Source: a virus. Taken from it: a DNA stretch of 24,291 bases. The position numbers were made by a program, and so were the translations under genes. The stretch lies in the UHGV virus genome UHGV-0018110. One strand, given 5' to 3'. Positions 8,490-16,983 of the stretch are shown piece by piece. How positions within the stretch are numbered: position 1 is the stretch's first letter; each line of letters opens with the position of its first letter. A model generated the notes under the pieces. The model was not told the origin of the DNA. It did not search any database and was given only the letters and a program-made list of their open reading frames with translations.

Positions 8490-9094
8490 GCGTTCACTCT
8501 CAGATTATCAATCAAATGGATGGCCGAGGCCGGGTAATATTCACCGCCGACGACAATCTCCTCGGGGGTGTAGGGGTAAACAGTCAGCGCGTCGCCGTGA
8601 TAGCATCCCGCGCCGACATACAGTTCGCCGGTCGAGCTCAGACTGATAGCCAGCCCGGTCAGGTGGCGACTTGCCGGTTTGGCGTCTTCAATCAGTCGCT
8701 CAAGCTCCTGATACATTTCGTCAGTGATGCCGCTGTCGAGGACGCCAACAACGAGGCGGAATGTGCCTGGCTCCTCGTCGAGTTGCCACCACTCGCGCAC
8801 CTCAATCAGAAAGCCGAGCGGCTCGACGACCCGACGCAATGCGCTGATGGTGCCTTTGTGCTGATGGACGAAAAACGAGGACGCGCAGACGCTGCGCTTT
8901 GTCGCCTCCAGCCATTTCTCATCCCACCTGTCGACCGACAGCGCCCACGCCAGATACGGCAGCAGCTTTACCGGGCAGGTGCGCCAGTTCCACAGGGTGC
9001 GCAGCGGTACCGGCACGCGCTGAATCTCAGAGAGTGCAGCAGCGGCGGCAACTTCCAGCGGCGACGAGCCAACGGGTAACAGCCTGTCACTCAT
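8486..9094 (-). CDS. I: Baseplate assembly protein I
   Basis: 202-aa ORF between J and H, coupled by start/stop overlap; P2 gpI position and size. Confidence 0.85.
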   Translation of the reverse strand: MSDRLLPVGSSPLEVAAAAALSEIQRVPVPLRTLWNWRTCPVKLLPYLAWALSVDRWDEKWLEATKRSVCASSFFVHQHKGTISALRRVVEPLGFLIEVREWWQLDEEPGTFRLVVGVLDSGITDEMYQELERLIEDAKPASRHLTGLAISLSSTGELYVGAGCYHGDALTVYPYTPEEIVVGGEYYPASAIHLIDNLRVNA

Positions 9095-9995
9095 CCGAGC
9101 CCCCGATAGTTATCTGGTACTCGGTGCAGTTCGACGCCTGCGACTTACTCAGCACAATATCGGTCTGAGGTGATGCCAGCTCGACACGCTGCACCCCCTC
9201 AACATGCAGCGCCGCGTAAATGGCCGACAGACGGATATCACGCCCGAGGCGGTGCTGCGCGCTGATGTAGCTCTGCAGCTTCTGCTCTGATGCCTGCCTG
9301 ATGGGTTCAGATTCGGGGCCGGGGTAAACGTAGAGCGTCGCGTCAATCTGGTACGGCACAATCTCGGCTGACTGGACGGTAACCCGGTCGGCCACCGGGC
9401 GCACATCTTCGGCATTCAGCGCTTTATCAACAATCGCCAGTAGTTCAGGACTAGCAGTGCCGTCACCCTCGCGCGATAGCACGGTAATCGTCACGCAGGC
9501 TGGCGACGGACTTGCGACCGAGACGTCAGCGACCCGCCCGTCGGCGCTGCGACCGTGATACTCATATGCCCCGACCGGACCCGCCACGCTCAATCCCTCA
9601 AACGCCTGTTGCGTGCGCAGTCGCAGGTCAGTATCGGATTCCATAACGGCAGGTGTCGGCGGAATGGTGGTGTCATCCGCCGGGGCGATGGTCAGGCGTT
9701 CGGTATTGTTGTTCCCTGCCACGACGTCGAGGTCGTTACCGGCGGAATATGCCAGCGTCACCGCCTGCGCGGCTTCGTTCACCCGCTGACGCCAGATAAC
9801 TTCACGGTAGGCGTTTTCCTGCAGCAGCTTAACAATCGGCTCTGACTCAAGCGCGAGCGTCCGGGCAATGGACTCCTGCTGGTCTTCGGGATAGAGCGAA
9901 ATCAGTATCGCTTTGCGTTCCGCAAGGATGGTTTCATAGTCCAGTTCCTCAACCACGTCGGGAACGGGTAACTGACTCAGGTCAACGGTTGCCAT
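9087..9995 (-). CDS. J: Baseplate assembly protein J
   Basis: 302-aa ORF between W and I; P2 gpJ position and size. Confidence 0.85.
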   Translation of the reverse strand: MATVDLSQLPVPDVVEELDYETILAERKAILISLYPEDQQESIARTLALESEPIVKLLQENAYREVIWRQRVNEAAQAVTLAYSAGNDLDVVAGNNNTERLTIAPADDTTIPPTPAVMESDTDLRLRTQQAFEGLSVAGPVGAYEYHGRSADGRVADVSVASPSPACVTITVLSREGDGTASPELLAIVDKALNAEDVRPVADRVTVQSAEIVPYQIDATLYVYPGPESEPIRQASEQKLQSYISAQHRLGRDIRLSAIYAALHVEGVQRVELASPQTDIVLSKSQASNCTEYQITIGGSDE

Positions 9996-10001
9996 AGTGA
10001 T

Positions 10002-10349
10002 TTAACTCAGTGAAACAGTGGTTGAAACTGACGCACCGGTATCGGTACGCATCCCGGTAATATCGACATACATTTCGCCAGCGTCGCCGGTCTCAAAGCT
10101 GATGGCGGTAAGCCGGATGCGCGGCTCCCACTTCTGGATAGCCGAATAGCACGCCACCATAATTTGCAGCCTGAGCGCCGGGTTTTGCGGCATATCAATC
10201 AGCGCCGACAGAAGCGAGCCATATTCACGGCGCATCACCCGCGAGCCGACCGGCGTCAGCAGTATGTCGCGCATGCTCTGACTGATGTGCTCAGTGTCGC
10301 TGATGCCGAGGCCGGTATTTCGGTTCATCCCCTGATAGCGCGCCGTCAT
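10002..10349 (-). CDS. W: Baseplate assembly protein W (gp25/GPW family)
   Basis: 115-aa ORF between V and J; size and order as P2 gpW. Confidence 0.85.
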   Translation of the reverse strand: MTARYQGMNRNTGLGISDTEHISQSMRDILLTPVGSRVMRREYGSLLSALIDMPQNPALRLQIMVACYSAIQKWEPRIRLTAISFETGDAGEMYVDITGMRTDTGASVSTTVSLS

Positions 10350-10981
10350 AACGGAGCCCCCGTTTGCCCGCCGCTGTCGCCCGGGTGTTTATGGGTGTGG
10401 AGCACCTTGCCATTAGACGACAGTGACCCGCCGGAATGTTCGATATTGCCGCTCATCTTGCCGCCTTTCTGCACCTCAAGCGTCGCCGTCGTCAGCTTAT
10501 TGGTGCAAATCACCTCCGGGGTGTCGAGGGTGATACTGGTCGAGGCTTTCACCAGTACCAGCGGCACGGTTACGGTGATGGACTCCGATGCCGTCACGTC
10601 GGCCGTTTTTATGCCGCTGACCGTCAGCGCGCCGGTTTCGGGCTCGTACTCAATGACCGCACCATCAGGGAAAGCCACATGCCACGCATCCGCCGAGGCC
10701 GACGGAGCGGGGTTATCGTCGGAGAAAATACCCGGCAGCACGAAAGCGGTATCAAGCTCACCACCGATTGCCAGCAGCAGAACCTGCTCACCGACCGAGG
10801 GAGCCCACCACGTCCGCGAACGACCGGCACGGTTGGTCAGCCAGTTCAGCCATGTAGTCTGGATCCCGCCGCTTTGTACGCGGCACAGCCCCTGCACGGT
10901 ATCAACCTCAGTCACCACGCCTGAGCGGATGAGGTTGCGAATCGCGCGCGCGAGCTCCTGTATCGTGGATAACGTATTCAT
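10346..10981 (-). CDS. V: Baseplate spike / assembly protein V
   Basis: 211-aa ORF upstream of W with start/stop overlap; P2 gpV position and size. Confidence 0.85.
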   Translation of the reverse strand: MNTLSTIQELARAIRNLIRSGVVTEVDTVQGLCRVQSGGIQTTWLNWLTNRAGRSRTWWAPSVGEQVLLLAIGGELDTAFVLPGIFSDDNPAPSASADAWHVAFPDGAVIEYEPETGALTVSGIKTADVTASESITVTVPLVLVKASTSITLDTPEVICTNKLTTATLEVQKGGKMSGNIEHSGGSLSSNGKVLHTHKHPGDSGGQTGAPL

Positions 10982-11049
10982 AGTGCAAGGATGCCTCTGG
11001 TCTGTAGTCGCGCCAATTCGCGCGGCTCCGGTGGTGGTTCACACAATAT

Positions 11050-11499
11050 TTATTTGCCGAGGTGCCTGATAATGACGTCTTCAATCATCTGCTCATCGTC
11101 GCGGGTGAAGCCGAGCAACGGGCGGGCATCGTACTGCACATCCCGGCTGTTGCGGTTTGGCCGGTCTTTGAGCCCGTACTGATGCACCCGCGCCATGCGC
11201 TGCACCTTGCCGGTAAACTCCACCACCGCCGCACTGTCGCTGCCTTTAGCTTTCATAAAGCGGTTGGTGCGCAGTTTGGCGAACATTTCACGTTTAATCC
11301 GACCTTTCTTGCTCCGCACCGGCTGGCGCTTACGCGCGGCATACGGGGTGCCGTCGGGTGCCTGCTGGCGCTTGATGCGCTGTTGCTGACTGGTACGCAA
11401 CTTTTTCGCAACCTCAGCCGCCATTTGCCGACGTGCCGCCGGTGACAGGCTGGCAATCAGACCGGCAAGGCGTTCCTGCAGCGCGGTTAATTCACTCAT
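11050..11499 (-). CDS. S: Tail completion protein S
   Basis: 149-aa ORF downstream of R with overlap; P2 gpS position and size. Confidence 0.85.
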   Translation of the reverse strand: MSELTALQERLAGLIASLSPAARRQMAAEVAKKLRTSQQQRIKRQQAPDGTPYAARKRQPVRSKKGRIKREMFAKLRTNRFMKAKGSDSAAVVEFTGKVQRMARVHQYGLKDRPNRNSRDVQYDARPLLGFTRDDEQMIEDVIIRHLGK

Positions 11500-11959
11500 C
11501 CCACTTACTCACCAGTTCGCCGTTAACGTACAGCTCGACCGGGCGCGTCACCGGCTCAGGCAGCGGCGGCTCAGGGGCATAGCTGACATGCAGCGCGCCG
11601 TCGACCTCTTTGACGAGCGTGCGCTCGGTGAGCCTCAGGCTGATACTGATATCGAGCGAATCGTCGTTATTGATATCAATAATCCAGGTGAATCCTTTTT
11701 CCCGCCCGTTGTCGGTGGTCATAATGTCCGGCTGATGTTCACGCAGCCACGCCTGCACCGGCACGAATATCAAATCAAGGTCACCGGTGAAGTCGGTCAC
11801 CACCACGTTAAGCACGTACACTTTTTCAAACGACAGCGAGCTCGCCAGTCGGGAATCGGTATGTCCGTTGTCGGCAAACAGGCGCAGCATATCGGGGTTG
11901 TTTCGGAGCTGCGGCACGGCGTTAATCAGCGCTTTGCGCAGGCTTTTGTGCTTCTGCAT
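11492..11959 (-). CDS. R: Tail completion protein R
   Basis: C-terminal region (PDMLRLFADNG...LSFEK.Y.LNV.VTDFTGD.DL...REHQPDIMTTD...ELYVNGELVSKWDE) matches P2 gpR from memory; start set at MQKHK (AGGA 9 nt upstream). Confidence 0.85.
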   Translation of the reverse strand: MQKHKSLRKALINAVPQLRNNPDMLRLFADNGHTDSRLASSLSFEKVYVLNVVVTDFTGDLDLIFVPVQAWLREHQPDIMTTDNGREKGFTWIIDINNDDSLDISISLRLTERTLVKEVDGALHVSYAPEPPLPEPVTRPVELYVNGELVSKWDE

Positions 11960-12212
11960 CGAGTTCATCCTGACAGTGTTTGACGGTTTTAACCTGCAGC
12001 GCGCAGGCGGTCAGCGCGCCCTCAAGGCGGCGGATATCCGCGCTCAGGTCGCCATTGGTTTTCGGGTCACTTCCCGGCATCGGGCAAAGGCTCACCCTCG
12101 GGCATCCGTTTACCACAATCACCGGCGCTGGCGCAGGCGGTGCGGATGTGCAGCCGACGCACAACGTCAGGCAGAGCAGCGTTATACCAGCGGCGAAAGG
12201 CTTCATTTTCAT
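11922..12212 (-). CDS. lysC: Outer-membrane spanin lipoprotein (LysC/Rz1-like), embedded out of frame in lysB and overlapping R
   Basis: 96-aa ORF in an alternate frame of lysB, N-terminal signal-like segment ending in Cys residues (LLCLTLCVGC), Pro-rich mature part; classic embedded o-spanin layout. Confidence 0.55.
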   Translation of the reverse strand: MKMKPFAAGITLLCLTLCVGCTSAPPAPAPVIVVNGCPRVSLCPMPGSDPKTNGDLSADIRRLEGALTACALQVKTVKHCQDELDAEAQKPAQSAD

Positions 12213-12480
12213 TAAGTAACCTCGTTATCGTCTGCTCACGGCGGCTGGCTTCCTCGCTGGCCTTTGCGAGCTGTTCGCGCAGTTCCACCTGCGCGGATTC
12301 ATTACGTCGGGCGAGCGTACCGGCAACACTGAGCTGATTTTTCAGCATGCCAATCGTCGTCTTTTGCTCGCTCGCGACGCGATTTGCCGTCTCAAAGGAG
12401 CGGGTTAAATTGCCGTTCTCATGGCGCAACCACAGCAGCCCGAGCACGGCCAGCATCAGCAGCGTTATCAGGATTTTCAT
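12067..12480 (-). CDS. lysB: Inner-membrane spanin (LysB/Rz-like)
   Basis: Start MKILITLLMLAVLGLLWL gives an N-terminal transmembrane segment followed by coiled-coil-like sequence; the ATG overlaps the K stop (ATGA). Confidence 0.75.
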   Translation of the reverse strand: MKILITLLMLAVLGLLWLRHENGNLTRSFETANRVASEQKTTIGMLKNQLSVAGTLARRNESAQVELREQLAKASEEASRREQTITRLLNENEAFRRWYNAALPDVVRRLHIRTACASAGDCGKRMPEGEPLPDAGK

Positions 12481-12974
12481 GCCATCACCCCGCCAGCCGT
12501 GCGCCACACAGTGACCAGTTTGTCGAGGCTGTGCTCACGCTGACCGTAACCTGCACCCGGCAGCGACGCCCAGATATTGCGGCAACGTGAGATTGCTCGC
12601 TCAATACGCCCCGCTTTAATATCCTCAATGGCACCGCGCTCCCGGATTAACTGAATCGCAAGTTTGTCCTGCGACAACGGGCTGAAATCAGGTAATGCGA
12701 GCTGTTTCTGATAGTGCGGCCAGTAGAGATAAAGCTGCTGGTAACGCCCTGATGCCGTGGATTTTTCGCCGCGTCGATTAAACACTTTCGCTGGTCTGCC
12801 ATGTGCGAAAGGGTGGTCGGTGTAGTCGGTGAAAATTTCCGGCTTGCCATCAATGCCAGTGACAATGACGTCGTAACCACGATTTTTCGTCAGCGGATGC
12901 GTCGCCGTCCCTTCGGAATAGGCCAGCATGTCCAGAAACGCGGCGATATTCTGGTGAGTATTAATGACCGGCAT
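12477..12974 (-). CDS. K: Endolysin (phage lysozyme K)
   Basis: Start MPVINTHQNIAAFLDMLAYSEGT matches the P2 gpK N-terminus from memory; lies between the holin and the spanins. Confidence 0.9.
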   Translation of the reverse strand: MPVINTHQNIAAFLDMLAYSEGTATHPLTKNRGYDVIVTGIDGKPEIFTDYTDHPFAHGRPAKVFNRRGEKSTASGRYQQLYLYWPHYQKQLALPDFSPLSQDKLAIQLIRERGAIEDIKAGRIERAISRCRNIWASLPGAGYGQREHSLDKLVTVWRTAGGVMA

Positions 12975-13257
12975 CGCTATCCCCCTGTTGTGACTTAAAG
13001 CGGCGCTGAATGGCGATTTCCACCACCTGATAACCTGCAATGCCTAGCATGGATCCAATCCCACAAACGGCAGGCAGTGACATATCTGGAAACTGCACCA
13101 GAACAACACCGGCGACCATTGAAACAAAACCGCCGAGCAGCATGCGGCCGATAAACAGGCGCGGGGTAATGGGCTCACCACCCGCCAGCACTTTTCCGAC
13201 AACAATCATCACGCCAATCACAAACAGTGACAGGACGCCTTTTTCCCCTTCTGTCAT
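12961..13257 (-). CDS. Y: Holin Y
   Basis: 98-aa ORF with hydrophobic membrane-spanning segments (LSLFVIGVMIVVGKVLAGG, LLGGFVSMVAGVVLV) and a charged C-terminus, directly upstream of the endolysin. Confidence 0.85.
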   Translation of the reverse strand: MTEGEKGVLSLFVIGVMIVVGKVLAGGEPITPRLFIGRMLLGGFVSMVAGVVLVQFPDMSLPAVCGIGSMLGIAGYQVVEIAIQRRFKSQQGDSDAGH

Positions 13258-13260
13258 GGT

Positions 13261-13464
13261 TTACTCCCAAAGGTTGATAGTTTCTGTTACGGGTGACGAT
13301 GCCACGTCGGGCAGGTCAATTGCCGTGCCATGCGGCAGAATGACGCCCAGCTCAGACAGACCTGGATTAGCCTGCAGCACCGCCTTGACCACGTTCTCAG
13401 TGCGCCCGTAATACCGGGCGCAAAGCGCGTCGATGGTGTCGCCCTGCATCGCGTAGACTTTCAT
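13261..13464 (-). CDS. X: Tail protein X (LysM-like)
   Basis: 67-aa ORF (MKVYAMQGDTIDALCARYYG...NPGL) at the P2 gpX position between L and Y. Confidence 0.85.
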   Translation of the reverse strand: MKVYAMQGDTIDALCARYYGRTENVVKAVLQANPGLSELGVILPHGTAIDLPDVASSPVTETINLWE

Positions 13465-13973
13465 CAGAGCTGACCCACGATGCAGCGCGGCTTATCCTGC
13501 AGGCGCGAGACCGACCAGCGCATATCCCGCCACAGGTCATCAATGGTGGTTTCGACGCTGTCGGCTTTTTTGTCACCCTTGCCGGTGGCCTCAACCCCGC
13601 GATAACGCTCATACAGGGTGGCGGTCGCCATCGCCGTCACGGCGCTGAGGTAGTGGAAAACGCGCACATTCTCGCCGTCGATTTCCTCGACGTCAGGCAC
13701 GTCGGCCAGTGTCTTAAACCCTGCGGCAATCTGGCGTAGCCGGTAGTCGTAAAGCTCCGCATTGGTTTCCGCCATGCCGGTCTTGATGGCGTTGCGCAGG
13801 CGCGCATCGGAAACCGTCTGCTCAAGGCGCATCAGCTCGCGCACCCGCTTCGGATCCACATCAGGGAAAAAGAACGTGTTTTTAATCACTGCGTCGCCCG
13901 TCTCCGGTGCAGGAATCACCACGCCCGGTACGTCCTGCGGTTCGTCGGGTTGATTCAGTATTACTGTCGTCAT
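13464..13973 (-). CDS. L: Head completion/stabilisation protein L
   Basis: 169-aa ORF downstream of M; P2 gpL position and size. Confidence 0.85.
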   Translation of the reverse strand: MTTVILNQPDEPQDVPGVVIPAPETGDAVIKNTFFFPDVDPKRVRELMRLEQTVSDARLRNAIKTGMAETNAELYDYRLRQIAAGFKTLADVPDVEEIDGENVRVFHYLSAVTAMATATLYERYRGVEATGKGDKKADSVETTIDDLWRDMRWSVSRLQDKPRCIVGQL

Positions 13974-14065
13974 GACAACCTCATTAGGTTGGGCGGTGGA
14001 CGCCGGTCGCCGTCAGGGGCAAACCCGCTTTGACCGGCGTGCCGCCCGGCTCGGGGAGCGTTCAG

Positions 14066-14817
14066 TTAACCGGCGGTTTTTACCGCCTTTGGTGGACGCC
14101 CGCGCTTTGCTGCCGGTTTGGTGGCAGGTTTGCGCGTGCGCGGTTTAGTCGTTTTACGGGGCGCGGCCTCGGGCTTAGGCTTCAATGCCCGCTCCAGTCG
14201 CTCAATCTCTTTGCGCACACCGGCATTGCGGTCGAGTTGCATCGCGCGCTGAAACTGCGCCAGCGCTTCGGCGTTCTGACCGGCATCGCGCAGGGTCAGA
14301 CCAGTCACCTTATGCAGACGGGCGCGCACCATATCGGGAACGTCAGCGCCGTCGGTCAGGTTGAGGGTGGTCATGAGTAATGCGAGGTCGACAGGCTCAC
14401 CGGCATCGCGCAGGCGCAGCGCGGCAAGCGCTACCTCTTCAACTAGCATGTAAGGCGTGGTGCGGCGATGGTCAGAGGCGAGGCCGTATTTCAGCGCGTA
14501 GGGCGCAATCTCCAGCGCGCCAGCGATATCACCGGCATCAAGACGCCACAGCATGACGGTCATCAGAATGTCATCCTGTGCGCCACGGCCATCAGCCAGC
14601 ACACCGGCGACCCACGGCGCGTAGAACGGCAGCAGCTCGCGCTTTTTCGCGGCTTTCAGTTCGTTTGAACGGATGGTTTTCAACGTGCGGCGGTCATCGG
14701 CCAGCTTTACCAGCATCTGCTCATAGGCGGTTGCGTGGCGCAGCGGGGCTTGTTCCCGCTGCGCGGCTTGAGAGGCCGAGACCCGCATCATGTGACGCTG
14801 TGCGGGGCTCGTCATGG
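14066..14817 (-). CDS. M: Terminase endonuclease (small) subunit M
   Basis: Start set at internal Met MTSPAQRHMMRVSA, which matches the P2 gpM N-terminus from memory and abuts the N stop; basic Lys/Pro-rich C-terminal tail. Confidence 0.85.
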
Positions 14818-14819
14818 GT

Positions 14820-15887
14820 TTACTCTCCGCCTTCCGGTGCTTCTGGTGCGGTGAAATCGCCCAGGGTGATGTTTTCCAGCAGGCACCCGGCGGCATACGC
14901 TTCGACCACATAGTCGATATTCATCGACTCGTAGTTTTCCACGCGGTCTTTTTTCGGGTTTTCATCAATGCTGCGGCGGTGGCTCTCATCCATGAAATAG
15001 ATAGAGAGGTTTTCCAGCGTGGTCACGAATACCGCATTCGCCGGGAAGTACGGCACGCGCACGGCTGGCAGGTTGCCGATGCGCTTCTGGCTGATGATGA
15101 TATCGGCCGCGAGCGATTCGCTGTTTTCCTGCTGTTTGTTAACCAGCGGGAAATATTTGTCGGCCAGCAGCTTACGACCAACGATAGCGACGAGTTTCGG
15201 GTCATCCTGATAAATCTCGTCAATCAGGGTGTTGGTACCATCCATCACCAGCGCATCGAGGTTTTCATAGTCGCCGTTTTTACCGACACGAATCACATCA
15301 GATACGACCTTACCCTCAGCATCGGTGATTTTGCTCATCACGCGCGCCGGGGCTTCATTGCGGTACTTCTGCAGCCAGCCGACAGCCACATCCTGCAGCA
15401 TCGGGTTTTTAATGCGGTCTGAAGTATCAGCGCGGGTGATGCCATTAAAACCGGCCATGATGAAATCCAGAGCCTGACGCTGGACAATGGCGTCGCGAAT
15501 GCGGCGCTGGAAGTCCTGAAAACGCGCCCACAGGTCGAGGCGCTTATAGGTCAGGTGGAAGTCAAAGTTAATCTGATTACACTCGTACTTGTTGGACTCA
15601 AGCGCGGTGAAATCTGCGGTCTGGCGCTCTTTGTCGCCCGAGGTGTCGGTCGTGCTGGCGATAGTGCCGGTCACACCGACGCCGATTTTCTCGCCCTTCA
15701 TTTCTGCGACCGGTAGAATGTTAATCATCTGCAGAAAAGCGGATGACGCCTGCACGGTGTTCATCAGGGTTTGCGTAACGGACGGCTCGACGGTGAATTT
15801 TTTACTGATGTCATCAACGCTGATGCCGTTCAGTTTGGCTAGCTGGCTCAGATAGGCATTGAATTTAAAACGGGTTTCCTGACGCAT
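14820..15887 (-). CDS. N: Major capsid protein N
   Basis: Start set at MRQETRFKFNAYLS, matching the P2 gpN N-terminus from memory; directly downstream of the scaffold gene O. Confidence 0.9.
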   Translation of the reverse strand: MRQETRFKFNAYLSQLAKLNGISVDDISKKFTVEPSVTQTLMNTVQASSAFLQMINILPVAEMKGEKIGVGVTGTIASTTDTSGDKERQTADFTALESNKYECNQINFDFHLTYKRLDLWARFQDFQRRIRDAIVQRQALDFIMAGFNGITRADTSDRIKNPMLQDVAVGWLQKYRNEAPARVMSKITDAEGKVVSDVIRVGKNGDYENLDALVMDGTNTLIDEIYQDDPKLVAIVGRKLLADKYFPLVNKQQENSESLAADIIISQKRIGNLPAVRVPYFPANAVFVTTLENLSIYFMDESHRRSIDENPKKDRVENYESMNIDYVVEAYAAGCLLENITLGDFTAPEAPEGGE

Positions 15888-15963
15888 AGTATTTCCTGTA
15901 TGAATTAATTGGTTAGTCACAGCATCGGGCGGGGTCGCCGCCCGGTTTCAGACCTGCGGGTTA

Positions 15964-16818
15964 TCAGCAGTCGGTCAGCAGCTCATCGCCACCGCCGCCG
16001 CTGGCTTTTGCGCGTCGCGGCTGGCTGAAACTTTCGGTTTTGTCGAGGGTGTTTTTCAGGGCGGAAAATGCCTGGCTGGTTTCTTCGACCTTGCCGGTCA
16101 GCTCCTGTTTGAAGGTGGCAAACGCGGTTTCCATAGCGGAAAGGCGCTCGTCTTGCTTGGTCAGGTTGGTCTGCACATGTTCGCTGACGGTGGTCACCGC
16201 CTCATGCACATCATTCAGGCGCGCATCGTCGCTGACCTGCTTACGACTGAAAATGGCTTTCACCTTATCGGCCAGGCTGTTGAGCACCGTGTCGGGAACG
16301 TCTTCAAATTCCAGCTCGGCCAGCGTGGCAACGGAAAAGACGTTTTCAGGGTTGGCCTTAAAGCGCTGCAGCGGGTTGTGCTTCGCGTTGCGGCAGAATT
16401 CGAGGTACTCGGTACCGAGGCTCGCCGGGTCATCGGTGACCGCAAGGCCGACGAGGTAGCATTTGCCGGTATTGGCAAAATTCGGCTGAATTTCCATTGA
16501 GGTGTAGACCTTCTGCGCGGCTTTATTCATCGCGATAAGGTCATCGGTCGGGGTGATTTTAGCGAACAACGCCCATTTGCCGTTAAGCGCAGAATCGTCG
16601 TCAATCTTCTCGGCTTTCAGTTCGACCACATCGCCATAGCGCTTGAATACGCCATCAGGCAGCAAGCCGCGCAGGTGTTCAAGGTTGATACGGCAACCGT
16701 AGACGCGCGGGTCGTAGGTTTCGGCCATTTCCTGAATATCGCCGGCGCTGATAATGCGCCCGTCGCAGGTATCACCCTCGACGCCGATGCGAAAGAACTT
16801 TGAGACTTTTTTTGCCAT
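15964..16818 (-). CDS. O: Capsid scaffolding protein O
   Basis: 284-aa ORF divergent from P; P2 gpO position and size. Confidence 0.9.
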   Translation of the reverse strand: MAKKVSKFFRIGVEGDTCDGRIISAGDIQEMAETYDPRVYGCRINLEHLRGLLPDGVFKRYGDVVELKAEKIDDDSALNGKWALFAKITPTDDLIAMNKAAQKVYTSMEIQPNFANTGKCYLVGLAVTDDPASLGTEYLEFCRNAKHNPLQRFKANPENVFSVATLAELEFEDVPDTVLNSLADKVKAIFSRKQVSDDARLNDVHEAVTTVSEHVQTNLTKQDERLSAMETAFATFKQELTGKVEETSQAFSALKNTLDKTESFSQPRRAKASGGGGDELLTDC

Positions 16819-16983
16819 TGTCAGGAGTCCTGAGGTTGGGGTTACTGGTCACCGCCAGTTTCCAGACTCGTGACACGCCAGACCACCAATGACGACTGGA
16901 CAACCGCCCACACAACAGCACCTTAGCGAATCACTGACGGCCATTAAGTAGCCTTGCCCTGAATCCACTACGGCGAGGCATCA
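16819..16983. promoter_or_regulatory. Divergent late-promoter region between O and P (expected Ogr-dependent promoters)
   Basis: 165-bp non-coding gap between divergently transcribed O and P, the position of the P2 late promoters. I could not find a clean TGT-N12-ACA activator site, so this is positional only. Confidence 0.3.

Noticed and set aside
10982-11049. Ogr-dependent late promoter consensus (TGT-N12-ACA) upstream of V, and likewise upstream of FI
   Set aside because: Promoters are expected in these gaps by analogy with P2, but I could not find a convincing match to the activator-site consensus by eye, so no feature is called.
8423-11069. Long antisense ORFs (218, 301, 162 aa) across the I, J, W and V genes
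   Set aside because: They overlap the colinear baseplate genes on the opposite strand, with Arg/Pro/Ala-rich composition and no independent signals; treated as frame artefacts.
14814-15422. 202-aa plus-strand ORF inside the capsid gene N, and similar ORFs in O (16040-16500)
   Set aside because: Antisense to conserved capsid and scaffold genes; spurious.
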